Of a stretch of 64,000 bases of DNA, positions 26,155 through 39,198 are shown piece after piece. Source of the stretch: the human T2T-CHM13v2.0 reference genome, Homo sapiens; assembly GCF_009914755.1 (NCBI RefSeq), contig NC_060931.1; one strand, 5' to 3'. The notes beneath the pieces were generated by a model. It was not told the origin of the DNA. It was given only the letters and a program-made list of their open reading frames with translations, and did no database searches. The translations under genes were made by a program, and so were the position numbers. The stretch's first letter is position 1, and each line of letters starts with the position of its first letter.

Positions 26155-27934
26155 TGAGATAAACCATATATAACAAAGAACATAATTTTGTATGGAGTGA
26201 AGATAATTTTTAAATATGAAGCAAACAGCAATAAGAGAATCTCTTTAGCAATAAAAAGAATTTCTATGTGTATATACATATGCATTTGTATGTATATATA
26301 AATATATGTGTGTGTATATATACATTTGAAAGCCAGAATAGTCAATGCAGTCTTCACTTTGAAAGATTTTTATCCTAAAATTTGAGAGTCCAGGTTTGAT
26401 GCTTTAAAACTCAATTCGATATGCCTCTTTTAAAAGATTCATCTTTTTACATAAAACTGGGATTATGTATATGTGCATGAAAAATGAATGAACATCAAAG
26501 TCTATTCAAAATGTTCAAAGTAAGAGCTTTTTCAGATTACACTCATAGAAGTTTCTAGGCTTTATAGTTCCATTGAGGCTCTAGATAAATTATCTTAATT
26601 GAATCTAAGTTTGTAGCATTGATCCACACACACTGGCCTGCAGTGACACTAGTGAAATTTTCTATGTGAAATCAGTCAAGAAATATTTGCCAAATATCCT
26701 TTGGTCAGTGTGCAACTGCAGCGATTAAGGGACCCATTTGTTTTTCTTCCTTATTGTAGATGCCATGGCCAATCCCTGGTCTCTGAGAAATGAGGCAGGT
26801 CATAAGGCAAAGTGGGCACCAGGTCTATGTCCTGGTGGATTTCAGGAACTGACCAGGTGAAGGCAATGGGATGAAGGAGAAAGGACACAGGGATTTGAGA
26901 CAGAGATGGTCCATCTCTCTCACTTACTAGCTGGGTTATCTCAAAGATTTTATTTAACTCCCTTGAACTTCACCTGTAAAATAGGAAAATTAAGATTTCA
27001 TAAGTTGTATAAAAATGGAATGTGAAATTATATAACAGCACTTTGTAAAGGGCTATATCCACATTCATATCTGCATCAAGCCATACATTCGTTCGCCTAC
27101 CTTTCTAGAGTCACCTAATTTCCACCCACTTCTGTAATAGAGAGTGCACTCTTAAGTTTCATATGTGAAGTTCATATATTGTAAGTGTAAAAATATTCAA
27201 GTAATAGCTACTCTAAACTTTTCTTAAGGTGACATGTTTTCCTAGCATGTCATCTTTGTCCTGATTTCTTTATTTACTTCATTTCTGGCCAAAATCACAT
27301 AAAAGCTAACAATTTTTCCTTATGCCATAGATTAGGAAACAAAGCCAAATTCATCCAGTGGTGTTTTTCTGGTTGGAATTTCCTACAAATGAATACTCTC
27401 TATTTTGCTATGATATTCCTAATGCATGCAAATTATGCAAGCCAATGGAGACAGTGAGTAAGATATTGAGAACTAGATTGGCACAAAAACACTTCCAGAT
27501 TTCACTGGCATATGAGGTTACGTCTGCATCAATACGCACATTTTTTAATACAGCACAGGATTCACCTAATACACACAGGCACTTGTGAAATTTCCCTTCC
27601 TCAAGTATTTTAGAGTATTTACAGAGTGACAGTCTCTCTCATGTACTTAGAAACCATTTCAATCATGCTGCTGATCTCTCTGCTTGTGACCCATGGGATT
27701 GGAAGCAAGGTAGAAGAGAAAGAGGCTCTCTGGAGCTCTTGTTCTCAGTTCATATCACCCTGCTCTCTTTCTTTGCCTTCTGTCTCTCCCTTACCCCAAA
27801 CAGGAAACGGTGATGCACATCAGTTCAGACCAAAGAGTCTATTGCTCAAATAAATGAAAAAATACAATGCCTTTAGAACTGGAAAACAAAAACAAACAAA
27901 CAAAAAAAAACCCCACTAGAGTGAGAGGTAGTAA

Positions 27935-28290
27935 GACAAGGAAGGAGAACCACTAGGTGCATTGTTGAGCTGGATCCCTGGGACTCAATCCCACTGGGGC
28001 CTTTGAAAAAGGCATGTGGAAGCACCTTAGAATTGTCCCTCTGAAGGACAGGAGGCAGAGACGTTTATCCTCTGACTCTTGTCCTTCACTGGTTGAAGGT
28101 TGTCCAACCAGTTGGCTGTGTGCTCAAGCTCAGCAACCTCCTGTAGCTTTGGAGAAAGCCCTGAGGAAGAAAAGGGGAGTGACTCCAGTGCAAATGCTAG
28201 CAGACGGAGCTCAGAACCATCTACCATGGCTGCCACTGAAACCAGAGGTGGGCTGAAATGGGATATAGGTGCAAAATGCATCTGTTGCAA
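27935..28290. mobile_element. Ancient LTR remnant (ERVL/MaLR class, family uncertain)
   Basis: ctcaatcccactgggg...cacc(t)tagaattgtcc...cactggttgaagg motifs recalled from old LTRs. Confidence 0.4.
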
Positions 28291-28434
28291 CTAGTGTCAG
28301 TGAAATTCAGCCCATTCATTATGCCTGTAACTTCCATGCAATGATAATAAATATAAGATCACTATCAGAATGAGAGATATTAATAGTCCCTACAGCACCA
28401 AACACTTGTTCTACCTCAAGTGCTGGATACAAGG

Positions 28435-28700
28435 AAAGGCAGTATAGGATGATATGTAGATCATGAAATTCTGGGCTAGACAGATTTGAGTCAAAGTCCC
28501 TGTTCCACCATTATTAATTGTATGCTCTTACCAGTTATTCATTTACTGAAGCCTCAATTTTTGCATCTGTAAAATAGTAATATTAATGGCTTCTTCATGG
28601 AATTCTGATGTGAAGTATATGAGATAACCAGTATAAGTCCCTAGTTCAATGCCAAGCACAGTGCCTGGCACAGAACAGCCAGCCAATAAACATTAGTTCC
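28435..28700 (+). mobile_element. MIR SINE
   Basis: ctagacagatttgagtc, gcctcaatttttgcatctgtaaaata, agcacagtgcctggcaca, caataaacattag. Confidence 0.8.
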
Positions 28701-28794
28701 TTTCTTCTACTTTATGAAGCAGAACTATTTTCCCTCAAATACTTATTCAGATGAAACAGTGCTAATGTCATCCAGAGAATTATAGGTTGAAAGT

Positions 28795-29089
28795 TGTATT
28801 ATTCTGTTCTCACACTGCTATAAAAAAAAAATACCTGAGACCAGGTAATTTATAAAGAAAAGAGGTTTAATTGGCTCACAGTTCTGCAGGCTGTGCAGGA
28901 AGCATGGCAGCATCTGCTTCCGGGGAGGCCTCAGGGAGCTTTTTACTTATGGCGGAAGGCAAAGGGAGATCAGGCATCTTACATGGCAGGAGCAGGACCG
29001 AGGAGGGGGAAGGTGCCACACACTTTTGAGCAACCAGGTCTCAGGAGAACTCACTATCACAAGAATAGCACCATCTGCCGGTGCCAAAC
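28795..29089 (-). mobile_element. MSTA/B LTR, partial
   Basis: tgtatta...tacctgagaccaggtaatttataaagaaaagaggtttaattggctcacagttctgcaggctg; ends at MER1 junction. Confidence 0.9.
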
Positions 29090-29316
29090 CAGGGGTCCCC
29101 AACCCCTGGGCCATGGAGTGGTCCCGGTCTGTGGCCTGTTAAGAACTGGGCCACATAGCAGGTGGTGAGTGGCGGGCAAGCAAGCATTACTGCTGGAGCT
29201 CCGCCTTCTGTCACATCAGTGGTGGAATTAGATTCCCATAGGAGCGCAAACCCTATTGTGAACTGCACATTTGAGGGATCTAGGTTGCATGCTCCTTATG
29301 AGAATCTAATGCCTGA
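29090..29316 (+). mobile_element. MER1B-like (hAT-Charlie), 3'-truncated
   Basis: caggggtccccaacccc TIR, ggcctgttaagaactgggcc, gagggatctaggttgcatgctccttatgagaatctaatgcctga. Confidence 0.9.
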
Positions 29317-29671
29317 CTAGAAACTTTTTAGTTTATCCTGTTAACCACAACTTCCCAGGATATCCTCAACTGTACCCAAGTTTGAAACGTACAAAACTGC
29401 CCTACATTGATCCAAAGAAGTTTATTGACATAGTAAAGTTTGCTCAGCAATTCCCAGCAGCCAGCTTTGGAGTCTCAAAATTTCAGACAGTCAGGCTCCA
29501 TAACATTGGTAGGAATAAACTGAATAATAAAATTTAAAAACCCATTCCTGAGCTTTTGAACCAACATCTCCAGTGACAGGTAGGGCTCGGGGTTCTGAAT
29601 TTTGTATGATATTATTCTGAATCACAGCCAGGATTGAAAATTTTGATTCAACAAACTACTTAAGAAGCTCA

Positions 29672-30072
<401 letters not shown>

Positions 30073-32889
30073 CTAATTTATTTCCTTTATGCCCCCTGCC
30101 TCTGTATTTTCCCACTGGAATCTAAGAACTGGAAGAAAACATGACAGATTTTATGTACTACCTTAACTTTATAGCATTTCCCATGTACATTTATTTTATC
30201 ACTGAATTTTCTATATGATCCTGTGGGGTTACAGACAGAAGCTGAGACTCAGAGGAATCAGATAATTGATCAGCTTCCACATTTAGTGGCAGAGCCAGGA
30301 ACTCAAACACAGATATTTTTTCAGTGATTTTTAAATTACATTTTTACTGAATCACATGAGTTTCACCTAGTTTTGAAGTTTTAAAGGTTTTTTTCTCCTC
30401 CTAGTCAACATTCAGAAAGACCTTGTCAATTTTTTTGGCACAAAACAGAAGCCTCCGGGGCAGAATTCTGACCCAGAGACAAGATAACATGATTCTAATA
30501 CATTTATTCATAAAAATATAAACTAGACTTATATCAAATGTGTTAAAAAAATCATTCTGCCAACACATTTAATTTAGGTGGAAAATATTTGCTTTGCTGA
30601 CTGGCTGATTAATCAAATCAAATAATTACAACATTAAAATAATTTGTCAGAAAAGGGTGGCAGCCCTCAAACAAAAATAATCTACTGCTTCTCATTAAAT
30701 AACACATTAATATAACTCATTTTACTGAATGAGCTGAAATTTTCTGTTTATGTTAATTTATATTTCTCTGAGCCCTTAGTTTAGCAAGAATTTGTAATCA
30801 TTTTCTTATAAACCTTGTATATTACTGATCTGCTAAGCCTGTGACTCCCAAATGAGGTTAAGTTTCCTTTGTATATGCAAACCATCTTGGCACAAACCCT
30901 CATTGACTTTCCGGCAGGGATTAGCCTCTTTCAGTTCATCTCTTCACCCACTGATTTCCAGAAGTTTCCCAGGTCATTGCCTTAAAATTCCTCATTTTTC
31001 CTATGCTCTGATTTCTCTTCTTGCTGTCAGGCCATCTTTTCTGGGGCAGATGACCCCTGTGTCATCATCTCACTTCTTGGCCATTGTCTTCCCCTGATAC
31101 TACCAAAAATAGTTTCAATTCCCTCAATTCCCACACACAACTGAGACTAAACCATACTGTTAAAAAGAACTTACTGAAAGCTCAGAGACTAGAGAAACTT
31201 AACAGACGGCTGCTGGAAGTCTCTAAGAGACCATGAGTGTCCCTGCTGTTTCCTGGCAGGCCTCTGTGTGGTAGAGCTGTCAACTCCCTTCTCACCGAAA
31301 AGAAGAGTTAGGTATTTCTTCACCCAAGAGTCTAGGCCTGCCTGACTGCCTCCTCTGCCAAAGATAAGGGGAGCTCCTTTATTCCTAAGGCTCATCTTAT
31401 TTCCTGTTCTAGGCTGATTGACATTGGGAATATCCATTCTCTTCCAGGGAAAATATTAACTCAAAAATAAGGTGTAATCTCATCCCATGTCTAACACAAA
31501 GGGTCATGGCCCATATTGTGGCTCATCCAACCTTAAATGAGAAGGGACACCAACAGCCGAATGTAGGTAGTGCTGTGACAACCCAGTTCACTCTTTTTCA
31601 CAGTATTTTCCATAGCATGAATGAAAAAGAAGATAAGAACTGTCTATCCCATCTCCTAGACCTCTTGAGGGAAAATACTTGAACAAAACTCATTCACATT
31701 TTCCAAGAACATAGAGTGTATTTCAGGCACAGGGCAATTTCTGAGTCTACATGGGCCCATTTTCACTATTAACTCAACTTCATTACTACACAGAATGCTG
31801 AATGCCAGTCTGAAGCATCTCCTTTTAGGTTAATTCTCAAGAACAATGGGTAGATACTTCCTCATGTCTGCATAACTAGAACAGCTTAACAATGAGCGTT
31901 TTCTGCAAGAATCAATTCCAATATCTGCCCTAGAATATTTAAATAGCCTGTACTCTCCACAAGGGCAATTTCCCATCTTTACAGCTTAAAAGATAAGCTA
32001 TAACCTTTATTTTAGGTAGATAGATCATACTTTAAATTCTGCTACTTTATATGATTTATCAAATTTATTTAATTCCTATTTAAATTGAGATGGGAACCCT
32101 TTATGCTATTAAGAAAAAAATCAACATAAGGCCACATGAGTCAGTCTTTTAAAGAGAAATATCAATTATTTTTTCCATAGGTTAAGAAAGGAGAATATAT
32201 AACTTTATCAGGTATATGAAAAATAGACTCCAGATCTATTATTGTAATCCAAAAAAGAAAGGACTATGAGAAACAAAGTGAAAGTTAAGAGAGAAAGATA
32301 GTGATATTAATACAGATTTAGGCACAAGAGAGAAAAAACTTACATACCCATGCATACACATATGCCTACACATTAAAACACATCCCACATCTAAGACTCT
32401 CACATGAGTGAAATGTAGCAGAGAAGATGGCACATTGAAACCAGGAAATACACACCAAGATCACGGGTAATAGTGACCTTATCTTCTGGTACACGCCCAC
32501 TAGACTCAAAAAATCAGGTTTTGGTTTTTGTTTTTCACTGTAGGCACAAATACATACAGCAAGCTATTTAAAGGTAAATCATAATTGATATGATTCTAGA
32601 CCCCTAAACCAGTACTCATCCTAATTCTAAAAATGTCTTTAAAACCAAAATTGTATTTTTAAGTCCATATTTTAATGTCTTTATCTGCCTCAGTGAAAAT
32701 TGGTAAGATTTTACAATCTCCTACAAGGTTTGAAATTAGTCTTTTCTCCAGAGAGATAATCCACTTATTTTAGGAACCTAAATTACGTGTTCTACAGCCA
32801 CTTTAACATTTTTAGCACAGAACCCTAAGTTGAACATGCTCTAAACTTTGTTTCTCTAAGTAGTTCTGCACTTAAACCACTCGAACAAG

Positions 32890-33070
32890 ATAGGCCTTAG
32901 AATCTGACAAATCCAGGTTTAAAATCTGGCTCTGTCATTTCCTAGAAATGGGAATTTAACAAACGTATTTAACCTAAGATTGTGTTGTCTTGGCTCTTGT
33001 TTTGTAAATTGAAATGATGTGAAGATTAAATGAGATAATGCATATAAAATAACTAGCTGAGCACTAGCAC

Positions 33071-33120
<50 letters not shown>

Positions 33121-33215
33121 AGACGGAGTCTCACTCTGTCACCCAGGCTGGAGTGCAGTGGTGCGATCTTGGCTCACTGCAAGCTCCGCCTCCCGGGTTC
33201 ATTAAGCTCAACAAA
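32890..33215 (+). mobile_element. MIR, interrupted near its 3' end by an AluY fragment
   Basis: ccaggtttaaaatctggctctgtca, gtgaagattaaatgagataatgcat, ...gcacac|Alu|ttaagctcaacaaa. Confidence 0.7.
33073..33201 (-). mobile_element. Severely 5'-truncated AluY with 47-nt pure poly(A)
   Basis: T47 then gagacggagtctc...gcaagctccgcctcccgggttca (AluY diagnostic gcaagctcc). Confidence 0.93.
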
Positions 33216-33259
33216 AGATGTGAAGATCTTTGGACAAGATCTTGTGAGCTTTGCTTGTA

Positions 33260-33470
33260 AAATCAGAGCACAGATTCTGTATCCAGACAACTGATTTGGA
33301 ATTTCAGTTTCCCAACTTGCCAGCTTACTGGATCTTGGCAAGTTGTTTAACCTTTCCCATCCCGTGTTGTCATCCACAAAACAAGGATCATAGTGTGCTG
33401 GGAAAATTAAATGAGCTATATATGTAAAGTACTTAAAATAGAGAATAGAGCCTAGCACACAAAAGAGCAA
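33260..33470 (+). mobile_element. MIR SINE
   Basis: tcttggcaagttgtttaacct, aattaaatgagctatatatgtaaagtactta. Confidence 0.7.
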
Positions 33471-33601
33471 GTTTTTGGCTGTTACTGAAGAGTCCTTTGC
33501 TTAGTGTTCAAGGAAAGTGTACTTACTAAGGTGGCTGGTATACTACCAGTCATGTAATATATGAAGTGGAAGAAAAAAGACCTTCGTAAAGATGTGTGCT
33601 A

Positions 33602-33956
<355 letters not shown>

Positions 33957-35534
33957 TCAATACAAAAGATATTATGTGGCCTCTGCTGGTTTGTGAGAAC
34001 ACATCTAAAGAAATGGAGGTATAAGAAATCTGATATCTCACAGGTCTTATCTTCATCCTTTATGTCTTTGGATAAGTGTAGGAGGTTCTGTTGTGGGATA
34101 AAACTATATCAAGCAAAGACGCTTAATAGTCCCTCCCTCCCATGCCTATGATTTTGAGCAAAAATATACATGAAAGTAGCCCAGGAAGTTAAGCACAACA
34201 AATGGCCAGAGAGAACTCTCATCTTTATTTTCTTACCTGTTCAAATTTTCATATACCTCATTTATTTATTGAACAAATATTTATTAGTTGCCTATGCTAG
34301 CACTGGAGTTGTAAGCATGTGAGGAAAAGTGTCTGCTCTTGAGTTCACATTCCAGTTTCAAGAAATGGACAATAATCTCTGTTGCTGTATTATATGCTGA
34401 AGTTTCCATTTTTTTCCATAGTATATTTATCTCTCTACCCCATCTGTCTCCCCAATCTCTCTCATGGTACCAAGAATGCTGATTTTCTTCCTCCTGGTCA
34501 TGTGAAAGCAGAAATCAAGTTTGAAGAATTCCTGACCTATCAGCCAGATGAAGATTCTTAGATGTTCTTCCCAGAAACCAGATAAGTCTAAGCCTCAAGG
34601 GATGGAGAATGAGAGGGCTCAGTGGCTACTCAAATGAAAGAAGGTAGAGAGGAACTTGCAGTGGGAAGAAGGGTAAACCTTTGGTCATGAGACTATGTAG
34701 CATGGAAGAAAGATCATAGAGGCCACGTAAGCACTTGTAAAGCCCCCAGAGGATATGGATGTACAACCCTATATTCCTGGCACACAGTAGGTGTGCAACA
34801 GTCATTAGCTGTTATAATTATTGTCCTCTTTATGGTTTTTCAGTTTTAATCATGACCAGTCCTTTCAGCACTGGGAGTCCTGTGTCAAAAACCCTTCTCC
34901 ATGGCTGGATCTAGACTGCCAATTATATGCCTCCTAGGCGTTTCAGTTGTCTCTCCCTGCCTCTCTTGGCCACTACCCTCCTGCTGCTCACTCCTCCAGG
35001 CTTCCAGGATAACCTGACAAGCCCTAATCAGTTTCTCTCTCCTCTTGGGTTAGAGAAGGACACACTTCATCTGACTGACCCACTTCTTTGTCCTACTGTC
35101 GAGCTCTGATCTCTTATTCTCATATGGATGATTTATGTTCATTTCTATACAAAAGTAGGTAGTCTATCTTTAGGCAGGAGTAAGAAGCCTCCCGCAACTA
35201 GATCTATTTATATCAATTCAACTTAAAGTAGGTACAAACCCCACCAGAAGAGTAAGCATTCCTTGATATACAAGTCGGAACTATGTAATTAAAACCCAAA
35301 ATAAAAACCGGCATTGTAAGCATTGTAGTTACCCTCTGTGGCAACACTTGGGATTCTTTGCTGGATTGTGAAGGGGGAGGACCATACAAAGCTCAGGAAG
35401 AAATGGTATAATGCTTTTTTTTTGTTACCTAAGTGGGTTAAGCAGTGGGTCTGACAAGTGCTAACAGGACCCATTGTTAAGAAGTAGGCACATAGAAGTT
35501 TCTGGAAAAGTCACTCACAAAAGAAGAATGATAG

Positions 35535-35887
35535 TGTATTAGTCCATTTTCACACTGCTGATAAAGACGTACCTGAGACTGGGAAGAAAAAGAAGTTTAA
35601 TAGGACTTACAGTTCCACATGACTGGGGAGGCCGCAGAATCATGGAGAGAGGCAAAAGGTACTTCTTACATGGTGGCAGCAAGAGAAAATGAGGAAGATG
35701 CAAAAGCAGAAACCCCTGAAAAAAACATCAGATCTCATGAGACTTATTTGCTACCATGAGAACACTATGGGAAAAACCGCCCCCAAGATTCAAATTACCT
35801 CCCATCGAGTCCCTCCCACAACACATGGGAATTATGGGAGCATAATTCAAGATACGATTTGGGTGGGGACACAGCCAAACCATATCA
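35535..35887 (-). mobile_element. THE1C/D solo LTR
   Basis: tgtattagtcc...cagccaaaccatatca; 5-bp TSD gatag. Confidence 0.95.
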
Positions 35888-36032
35888 GATAGTGTACATC
35901 TGAAATAGATTTTGACAGATCTCAAGAATTGAATTTTCCAATTTTCAATTGTAGGAGAGAGGGCAATTTAACTCTCATAAATTTCACTTTATCTTTAATA
36001 TGCATCACACTTCACAGAGAAGCTGTAAGGAT

Positions 36033-36737
36033 TGAGTCAGATATAAAAGTGCCAAGAACATTGTTTTGCACTTATTGGATACTCAATTAATAGCAATTCC
36101 TGTCCTTTCCTTAGGAGAAGGGGCTCAGATATAGTTAGATGCCACCTAGACAATATCTAGGCCCTGGTTGACATTGTTTACGTGGCTCTGGTGGTTGTTA
36201 ATTATTAATATACCTTGAAATCAGTTCATTTCATTCTACTTCAACAGCTTGAAGGCTGTTAGAGTCAAAAAAGTTTTTTCTTCAAATTAAAAAAGACAAA
36301 ATATTCAAACTTGGTAAAATGTTTAATGCGTGAAAAATTGTTTCTGTTTCCCTGAGTCATTAAAGGGACAGTGTATATCTCTTTATTTGTACTGGGAATT
36401 CTTCCAAATTGCATTAGCACTCAATCTCAACCATTCAGAAACTAATGTGTGGCCCTGATATATTGTTATCTGAGTCAATCATATAGCACTCTACCATAAG
36501 CCCAGCAATTGGCTCATCATTATTTAACTTCCATCATGGTCTTTAGCAGGTAATATGCTATACACAAACAAATTATTGTGGTCTTGACATAAAGTGCAAA
36601 TTCTTTTTTCTACCAGTTTATAGAAAAATTGAGAGAAATATTTAAAGTGTAAGGGTTCTTTGCATTTAAACTTAATGTATTTTGGGTTTGGAAAGAGTGC
36701 TTGTCAGGAAATCATTACTGTGCTGAAGTTTGACTCA
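36033..36737. promoter_or_regulatory. Candidate AP-1 enhancer (4 TGASTCA motifs)
   Basis: TGAGTCA at 36033, 36353, 36471; TGACTCA at 36731; RUNX-type TGTGGT at 36577; motif evidence only. Confidence 0.35.
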
Positions 36738-38838
36738 CACATCTATTTCTGTACTAATCTCCCATCAAGGAACAAAATAGTCTTATCTTTACAGTGCCAA
36801 TCAATCTAATCCATCAGTCAGGTATCATTTTCCATTTATATCTTTATATGGGATTTTCTGTCACTGCTATATGATAGAACCCCAAATTATTGTCTAGAAG
36901 TACATGTCGATATATCACTGCTTTACATCAATGTGCTCATTGATGGAAAATTTGATTTTTAAGAAAAAACTTAAACATAAACATCTGGATAAGTGAAACT
37001 GTTTTATTGACATATTAAAGAATATGCATTTTAACACAATTTTTGTGTCTCACTTTCTCAGTTTATACTAAGCTTGAAAGAAACTTTAAGTTAAACAAAC
37101 AGAAGGCAAGAAATATAAGACAAAAGATATTCCTAGTTCTTCCAAGTTATAAATCACCAAAATGATGATTATTTAAACATCTGAAATCTTGCATGCATAA
37201 ATGGCTGTGGACCTAAGAACTCTTCTCAGAGCCTATGATTGAGCTTGCCACAGAAGTGGTACACCAGGGTCAAAAATAGCAGTCAAACTGGAGCTTTGTA
37301 AACAGTAGCTCTCCCCTCTTGCATGCCAATAAGAAGTAAAAATGCAATATGACAGGAATACTCATTTAAGAGATACCCAGCAGGATGCTCATTGACCCAG
37401 AATAATTAAATATGCAGTGTCCTGGATGGACAAAATATAGGATATAACTGAAGAGTACTTTGATGAGCTAATTAAATTATTCTTTCAAAAGTGCAAGGAA
37501 CCAATTATTCACACAATATCTGAGTGGAGTGGCTTGCCTATATGCTTATTTTACAAAAGAAAATGTAAAACAAATGAACAGTTTGGACAAGCTGGTGGAA
37601 GATATCTTGGAGGATTGAGAGAATGTTTTGAATGCCTGAAGTCTTATGCACTGTGTATTCATTGTGAACACTAGTGGTGTTTGTTCACACCTGGGATACC
37701 TGCCTCAAGGAGTAAGGTTTATATATGAAACTGTGCATTAATACACAGAATGTAAGCATACAGCCATGGTAAAATAGACAATCCTATTCACAGGGAGGAA
37801 TAATATCTTTGTGAATATAAGCCAATCATTTTCATTCTTCCTGTAAATTTTTGTCCATCTGAAACTTTTTATGTCTAAAGTTTATGACCTCAGAGAAAAG
37901 GACATTGTGGGAGAAGTGAGAGAGAACAGACTTCCTAAATACCTTTATAAACTCCTTTAGCATACCAAGATTCAGGACTCAGCTCATACACTGCCCAGAA
38001 TGCAAAGAAGCTCTCTCTCACTCTCCTAGGGCATAAAACTTGTTTTTGTCTGATAAAAAGGAAATAATGACTTGGAGAGAGAGAGCAAGTTTGCTTTTTT
38101 TCTTTTTTCTGGGAGTTTGAGGGAATTTAGAAAAAGAAGATAAGCTGGGAAGAGATAAGAGAAAATGATGAGTCATGTGTCCTCAGAGTGAGGAAAAGCT
38201 AAGGACAGTGGAAACCTCTTGTCCTGGCTTTCCCTGTGGGATTTAAGAGGGAGTTGGTCAAGCAGCAACAAATCGGATCACAGTAAGCCAAGTGGTACAG
38301 TATAGTTTGTCAGACAAAAGGAGACTTTGATATTTGGCTTTCCTGATCCACTCAGGGTTTGTGGGTAGCAGGGATGAGACCCAGGTGTTCTTGTAGCTCC
38401 AGTATAGAAGCAGTTGGCCACAGGGTTGAGAGTTCTAGGGATGTTATAGAGCCCACCATGGTGAGGATGTAGTAGAATGCAGAGAGCCTATAGCACCAGA
38501 TAGAACTGAGGTGACGCTGAGTCAACAAGGGAGGGACAAACAGAAATCAGATATTGAGTCATGCTAGTCACAGATGTCAACTGCACATGTAAGCAGGACC
38601 AGCCCCTGACAAGGGGGCAGAAGGGATTGTACTGGAGCCCCAAGATGCCAGCAGACACCCACCCCGTGGACCTAAATTCTTTTCCTTCACCACAAGGTTG
38701 CATTGCAGCACACCCTCACACTCACCCAAGCACTGCTTGGAGGGGGTGGAAGAAATAAAAACCTACATCGTTTTTTTTTTTCTTGGTGAGTCTGAGCATA
38801 TCCTAAACTAATGGTTTAAGTAACTTAAACTGACAGGA

Positions 38839-39198
38839 TGATATTAGTCTGCTCAGGCTGCCATAGCAAAATGCCATATACTAGCAGGCTTAAACAACAG
38901 AAATTTATTTCTCACAGTTCTGAAGGCTAGGAACTCCAACATTAAGATGCCAGCTGGTTCAGTTCCTGGTGAGGGCTCTCTTTCTTGATTGCAGATGGCT
39001 GCCTTCTCACCATGTACTCACATGGTGGAACAGGGAAGCTCTGTTCTCTCTGCACCAGCCCTGTCAGATTTGGGCCCCACACTTATGAGCTCATTTAACA
39101 TTTTTCACTTCCTCATAACCCCTAACTCCAAATACAGTCACATGGGGAATTAAAGTTGAACAAATACATTTTGTAGGGACACAATTCAGCTTATAGCA
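38839..39198 (-). mobile_element. MLT1A/B MaLR solo LTR
   Basis: attagtctgctcaggctgccata, ggcttaaacaacagaaatttatttctcacagttctg, ggacacaattcagc. Confidence 0.88.
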
